A model generated the notes under the pieces. That model made no database searches. It was given only the letters and a program-made list of their open reading frames with translations, and was not told where the DNA came from. DNA of 12,791 bases from Octopus sinensis (lineage: Eukaryota), in contig NW_021826440.1 in NCBI RefSeq assembly GCF_006345805.1, forward strand, positions 1-12,791. The letters are read 5' to 3'. The translations under genes and the position numbers were made by a program. Below, in pieces: positions 8,085-12,791 of the stretch; position 1 is the first letter of the stretch, and each line of letters opens with the position of its first letter.

Positions 8085-9855
8085 TGGTTTCTTCTTGACC
8101 ACTTCTTCCCCTCTTTCCATGTTTATACCTTCAAAATGACCTGTCACAGTGGAGATGGAATGATGCCAGCCGGGTCTGGCCTGAGCTTCAATATCTCAGG
8201 CTTTGGGATCGATTCCAGTCAGTTTTAGGCCTTGCTTCAGATGATCCTTGTATCCGATGGAGGGGACGGCCACGGAAGCTTCTTCCAGTGGAAATTTCAC
8301 CATATAAAATTTGGCGCGGCAGCCTGGTTTCTTTCATTCTTGCTACGTGGCCCACCCATCACAGACAATGTTTCAGGATTATAGCCTCGATGCTGCTACT
8401 TTTTCTTCTCTCCAAAACGGAGGCATCGGTCACATAGTCGTTCCATTTAATATTCATAGTAGAGCGGAGCTTCTGTTGGTGAAATCACCCTTGTCTTTTG
8501 ACGTCCCTTCAGTAAAGAACCCAGGTTTCACAACCGTAGAGGAGATCGCGACTGCTTGATAGACACTCAATTTTGTGGTTCAGATCTTTGTTCTTAAAGA
8601 CCCCTATCAGACGCAATGTTAGCCGCTCTCAATCGGTTCGCCACGTCCTCTTCTGATGTGCACTTGTTCGAAGGCAAGCTTCCTAAGTATGAGAAGTGGT
8701 TAGCTTTTTCCAGTGGTGTCTCCAAGATGGTAATGTTGAAATCTGGAGTTTCCTGACTTAGAACGGGTTGTGGCAGGATTTTTGTCGTTTTGATGTTGAC
8801 TTTTAGGCCAAACCAAGTGTAAGCATTGGTGAAGTTATTCACCGATTGTTGAAACTGTTCTCTGGAGTGGAGGACCACTGCGTTGTCATCAGCATACTGA
8901 ACTTCAGGGAACTTTTGCTTCGTGACTTCAATCTGGCAAGGTTGAAACATCCCCCGTCATCATAATGTTGACTCCTGGATTGTCTGGAGGCAGTTCGTGA
9001 AGCATTGCTTCATGATGGGGAAGTCTTCAGACAGTTGATTTTGATGAAAGACGGTTCCAGTCATACCCTCATGTACTCCCTGTACTAGGGAAATGAACCG
9101 ATCGGGGCAGCCGAGACGTCGGAAAACCTTCCGCACTGCAGGCCTTGGGACGGTTTCAAAGACCTTTTCGAGGTCGTAGAAAACAATATAGAGAGGTATT
9201 TTGTTGTTCCCTACTCTCTTCTTGCATTTGTCGAGTACATAAGATCATGTTAATTGTCCCTCTGATTCGGGTAGGACTTCCTCCGCGATGATTTGGAGAC
9301 AATACAGAAGGAGCCTTGCAAAGATTTTCTCTGCAGTAGAGAGCAGTAAGATGCTACGATAATTCTCACAGATCTTTTTATCTCCTTTATAGAAGATGGT
9401 GATAATAACGGCGTCTTTGAAGTTTTGGGGAACATGGCAGTTCTTCCACAGTCGGAGAATCAACGTGAACGGACATGTTTTAGAAGTTCCACTGGGATGT
9501 TGTGTGGGCAAGGAGACTTCCGCTGCTTCGTGCAGTTGAGGGCAATCTGGTACTCTTAGTAGGATAGTGGCGTGTTCATCCAGTGCATGCATGGGTACGT
9601 TATTCATGAAATTTTCTGCCACGTTGGAGGCTTGGTTCAGAAGAGTCGAAAAGTGCCTTCTCAAGCGTTGAAGGATATCTTCTGGGTCAGTTAGGATGGT
9701 GTTGAAGTCTACTGATTGAAGAGACCCTGTTGATGATCTCATGGACCCAAAAAGTTCCTTCGTTCCTGAGTAGAAACGTCCTGGGTCACAAGAGTCAGCA
9801 TACCCTTGGAGTTTATCGGCTTTTTGTGGCCACCAGCTGTTCTGCAACTCTTTCA
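8085..9855 (-). mobile_element. 5'-truncated, degenerate RTE-clade LINE (reverse transcriptase pseudogene)
   Basis: Minus-strand peptides across several frames: KELQNSWWPQKADKLQGYAD (pre-RT tether), DAVIITIFYKGDKKICENYRSILLLSTAEKIFARLL, DLEKVFETV, YADD at 8885-8896, FSYLGS, L*WVGHVARMKETRLPRQILYGE, and YKDHLKQGLK. Stops, frameshifts and deletions are present; no endonuclease domain. Confidence 0.93.
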
Positions 9856-9970
9856 TACATACATACGTACATATATACATACATGCATGCATACATACAT
9901 GCATACATACATACATACATACATACATACATACATACATACATACATACATACACACACTCCCTTTCTT

Positions 9971-10010
<40 letters not shown>
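9854..10010. repeat. (CATA)n followed by (CT)n microsatellites
   Basis: Directly visible; it abuts the LINE truncation point. Confidence 0.95.
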
Positions 10011-10012
<2 letters not shown>

Positions 10013-10034
10013 GCTTTTCCTCTCTAAAATCATG

Positions 10035-10190
10035 CATAAATCCATCCTTAAATCACGCTCTAACATCATGAAAAGAAAGACACATTGAATACTATAACCT
10101 CATGTAATCAAAATAGCAAGATGGCCATGCATGCAATACCCTTCACCATAAACCCACCGGTTAACAGCTGGCCTGGTGCTAAACAACAAC
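10035..10190 (+). repeat. Possible old interspersed repeat (3' part) ending in a (CAA)n-like tail; possible relatives at ~3925-4045 and ~7740-7850
   Basis: Ends GCTGGCCTGGTGCTAAACAACAAC. The other two segments share TGGTTGCT...ACATAGA(A)ACCAAA with each other. Linking all three rests on my recollection of an octopus repeat consensus and is unverified. Confidence 0.35.
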
Positions 10191-10878
10191 TGCAGCATGA
10201 AATTTTTCTCACACACATAAATCAATTCTTGCGTAAGTCAAACCTTACCTATAGACAGAACACTACGCACAAACTCATGCACACCTACATACACTAACTT
10301 GGTAGCAGGTAACAGATATTAAAATGTATATTAAAACTAAACCAAAACATCATATTTCTCTCGCTCTATCTATCCATAATATTAGACTGGTGCTAAAATA
10401 ATTGCAGCGTTTGTTATTTTAAGCTTTGGTGCCTTTTTTGGAATAGACTTTTATTTATCTCTATTTGTGTAATATACTCTTTTGAAGGGCACATTTTGGC
10501 TTTTGCTTTCGTTTGTTTTAGGTGGTCAAACTAAGGACAGGAAAAAAAATACGAAGCAAATTTTTAAGAGTGATTTTATGTGTTTAATGGGGAGCACAAA
10601 GCAACGGAGAATTGATTGAAACGTATTTGAACAGAAGATCATCAACGAGGCAAAAACATATTGCTGTTAGGAAGTTTGTTCCGCATGTTTTTTGAGCAAA
10701 CCATTTCTTGATAGTATTGTGATGTGTAACAGATATGGACTCCTTACAGCTGACGGAGATGACTTGATTGAGCAGAAACACTAAAACCCTATTCGAAATC
10801 AAAGCTGGTTCAAACGAAGATTATGAACATCATTTGGTGGTCACCAAATAGTATTAGCAATTGATATTTTTTGAATTG

Positions 10879-11034
10879 CGTCTTTACGTTGTGAGTTCAA
10901 ATTTCAATGAGGGTGGTGACTTTGCTGTTCATCCTTTAGGGTCGAAAAAATAAGTACTAGTTGATCACTGGGGTCTACGTAATCGACTTACCCCGCCACC
11001 TAAATTGCAGGCCTTGTGCCAAAATCTGAAACTA
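10879..11034 (+). mobile_element. 5'-truncated family A SINE (tail type 2) inserted in the mariner
   Basis: CGTCTTTACGTTGTGAGTTCAAATT...TTCATCCTTTAGGGTCGA...CACTGGGGTC...AATCGACT...GGCCTTGTGCCAAAATCTGAAAC. Confidence 0.85.
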
Positions 11035-11049
11035 ATACTTCTTGAATCG

Positions 11050-11188
11050 AGTTCAAATTCTACCGACGTTGACTTTGCCTTTCATCCATTCGGGATCGAT
11101 AAAAAAAGTACCAGTTGAACACCGGGGTTAATGTTATCGACTTACCTCACACCCGAAATCGCTGGCCTTGTTCTAGAATGTGAATTCA
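11050..11188 (+). mobile_element. Second 5'-truncated family A SINE (tail type 2) at the same mariner site
   Basis: AGTTCAAATTCTACCGACGTTGACTTTGCCTTTCATCCATTCGGGATCGATAAA...GCTGGCCTTGT. Confidence 0.85.
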
Positions 11189-11710
11189 ATATTTCTGGAA
11201 TCGAGGCGAAATCATCACAACAGAAAGGAATTACCAAGAATTACCAGGAAATACACAATGAAATGCAACGTTTATGTTGGTAATTCAAAAAAGACCAAAA
11301 CCTTCTCCACGCCATCAACAGCCATTCACAAATAACTCTACTGAAATTGAACGAAAGGAAGGTCTCCAAGAATCAAAGAGCCAAGAATTTTATATTTGAA
11401 TAAATAAACATGTTTCATGTCGGCAAACATGTCACTATTATTTCGGGAAATAAAATTTATTGTGAGTTAAGATACATTGATTTAAACTAATAAACACATT
11501 AATTTAAAACAGTATTTGATTAAAATACCGGTATTTATAACATTTATAATGTATACGTAAACGTAAGAATGATATTAACTCTAATATTTTGTTCGAGAGA
11601 AACTTCTCAACGAAACTTCGACCGCGTTTGTTTCTTCGATGACGAACACACTCGGACATTGTGAACTAAACCCCAAAATATTTGTTCCGATATAGAAATC
11701 AGTAACTAAA

Positions 11711-11775
11711 AGAGAGAGAGAGAGAGGGAGAGAGGGGGTGAGTGAGTGAGTGAGTTAATGTGTAAGTGAGAGAGA
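11711..11775. repeat. (GA)n/(GAGT)n microsatellite
   Basis: Directly visible. Confidence 0.9.
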
Positions 11776-12013
11776 CAGCGAGTAAAGCCGAGATAGAGGT
11801 GGGCATGAGACGTGCACAAGCAAGAAAAGAACGATCAAGAAGCTTCATAGAATTCATATCTACTTTTATAAGTAAATTTCATTAGAATCGCATTACTTAA
11901 TGTTTCACAGTAGTAAGAAACTCACGCCCGATTGTTCAGATGCTTGTTTTTGAGTAGCAAACATCTGAAATACGATTGATTGGATGACGCTAAGGTTTGT
12001 TCTCATTTTCTAG

Positions 12014-12601
12014 GTTTAGATTACATGGCTGAATCAGAGGTATCCAACTGCTGCCGACAAGTACTTAACTGCTATTGCCTGGTAACTCCTAAATGAGTGA
12101 GATACAACTTCAACACGGTGACCAGAAGTAGTTGTCTTTATTCTGGTACCTGTAATAAGAGCGAAAACTCAGTTTTCTTGTTAAGAGATAAAGTCGGCTG
12201 CCACAATATATACAGTTTCTTGAAGAAACTTATGCGACATCTGTGCACTCCAGATGAACAGGAAGAAGGTTACACTGAGTGGACCAATTTCTTGCACCCG
12301 GAGTCTCCAGATGAAACTGCACAGGGAGATGGAGTTTTCTTTGTTCTCAAATCTTGAGAGGCACACGAATTAATTAAAGATACTCTCCAAATAACTGACT
12401 CTAGGTTCCGTGTAGTACCTTAGAATAGCATCTGGTGAGATGAAAATTGTCCTATAAATCAATGGCTTGGAGTGCAAGAAATTTCTCGGTGGACAGGCGA
12501 TTTGATTTTCTATAGAGGTAAGTAGGTGTTTCAAGAGTAGGCTTTGCAAGTGTATATTTATTTCCTTTTACAGAGGCGATATTGCAAACAACATGGTCTA
12601 G
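12014..12601 (+). other. Unique-sequence island with splice-like signals; possible exons of an unknown coding, non-coding or pseudogenic transcript
   Basis: Acceptor TCTCATTTTCTAG|G (AG at 12012-12013), consensus donor GAG|GTAAGT (GT at 12518), acceptor TTTCCTTTTACAG| (12573), donor-like TAG|GTAACA (12602). No recognisable protein family. Confidence 0.25.
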
Positions 12602-12791
12602 GTAACAGTAACTTACCTTTACATTGTACACATTAAAAATCTTATTTATGTGTGTTTGGGAAATGTTACCTATTATGGTTCGGCTGTTCCTAGCTATGCT
12701 CCTGGAAACATTTAAGTTGAACGAAGAATTGGATCTGGTTATATGTGTTTGTGTGTGTGTATATACATAGATACATATTCACACACACAGA

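Larger units (their letters stand above)
10382..11490 (+). mobile_element. Decayed mariner transposon (Hsmar1/cecropia-subfamily-like) with internal deletions and nested SINEs
   Basis: TA followed by TTAGACTGGTGCTAAAATAATTGCAGCGTT resembles the Hsmar1 TIR TTAGGTTGGTGCAAAAGTAATTGCGGTTTT. Fragmentary peptides: EVCSA..PFLDSIVMC (cf. PFLDRIVTCDEKW) at ~10671-10727, KIMNIIWWS (cf. KVMVTVWWS) ~10817-10843, NRGEIITTE (cf. NPGETITSE) ~11199-11225, QITLLKLNE ~11329-11355, and EFYI*INKHVSCRQTC (cf. DFYATGINKLISRWQKC). Ends CTAA+TA at 11487-11492; most of the right TIR is lost. Confidence 0.85.

Noticed and set aside
8311-8559. + strand 82-aa ORF
   Set aside because: It is the antisense shadow of the RTE coding remnant.
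9245-10069. 274-aa ORF as an intact gene
   Set aside because: It is a chimera of (GA)n/(TATG)n translation and a frameshifted RTE fragment; only parts to the left of 9855 are LINE-derived.
10173-10198. Second mariner TIR (CTGGTGCTAAA...TGCAGC similar to 10387-10408)
   Set aside because: It has the same orientation as the left TIR, lacks the TA-TTAG terminus, and is better explained as the tail of another repeat or chance.
10864-11203. CRISPR-like repeat-spacer array
   Set aside because: The repeats are 15 bp and degenerate, the 'spacers' are 140-155-bp homologous SINEs, the context is eukaryotic, and no cas genes are present.

Overview
Repeat-dominated, non-coding eukaryotic DNA, most likely from an octopod cephalopod. 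That assignment comes from my recognising Octopus-type tRNA-derived SINEs plus extreme microsatellite density, and is not verified by search. The window holds: the probable 5' end of a non-autonomous Helitron-like element (minus strand); about ten SINE copies or fragments of two families; a ~3.6-kb G-poor low-complexity block; a long (GAA)n tract; a pogo/Tigger-like MITE; a dead RTE-clade LINE fragment (8085-9855, minus); and a decayed Hsmar1/cecropia-like mariner (10382-11490) not captured by the ORF track, into which two SINEs are stacked at one site with a triplicated 15-bp target. Nearly all listed ORFs are microsatellite artefacts. Two unique-sequence islands (7033-7345 and 12014-12601) carry splice-like signals and may be host exons, but no product can be assigned. 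I found no well-supported novel biological system; the best leads are the transposon-nesting structures and the two candidate exons.
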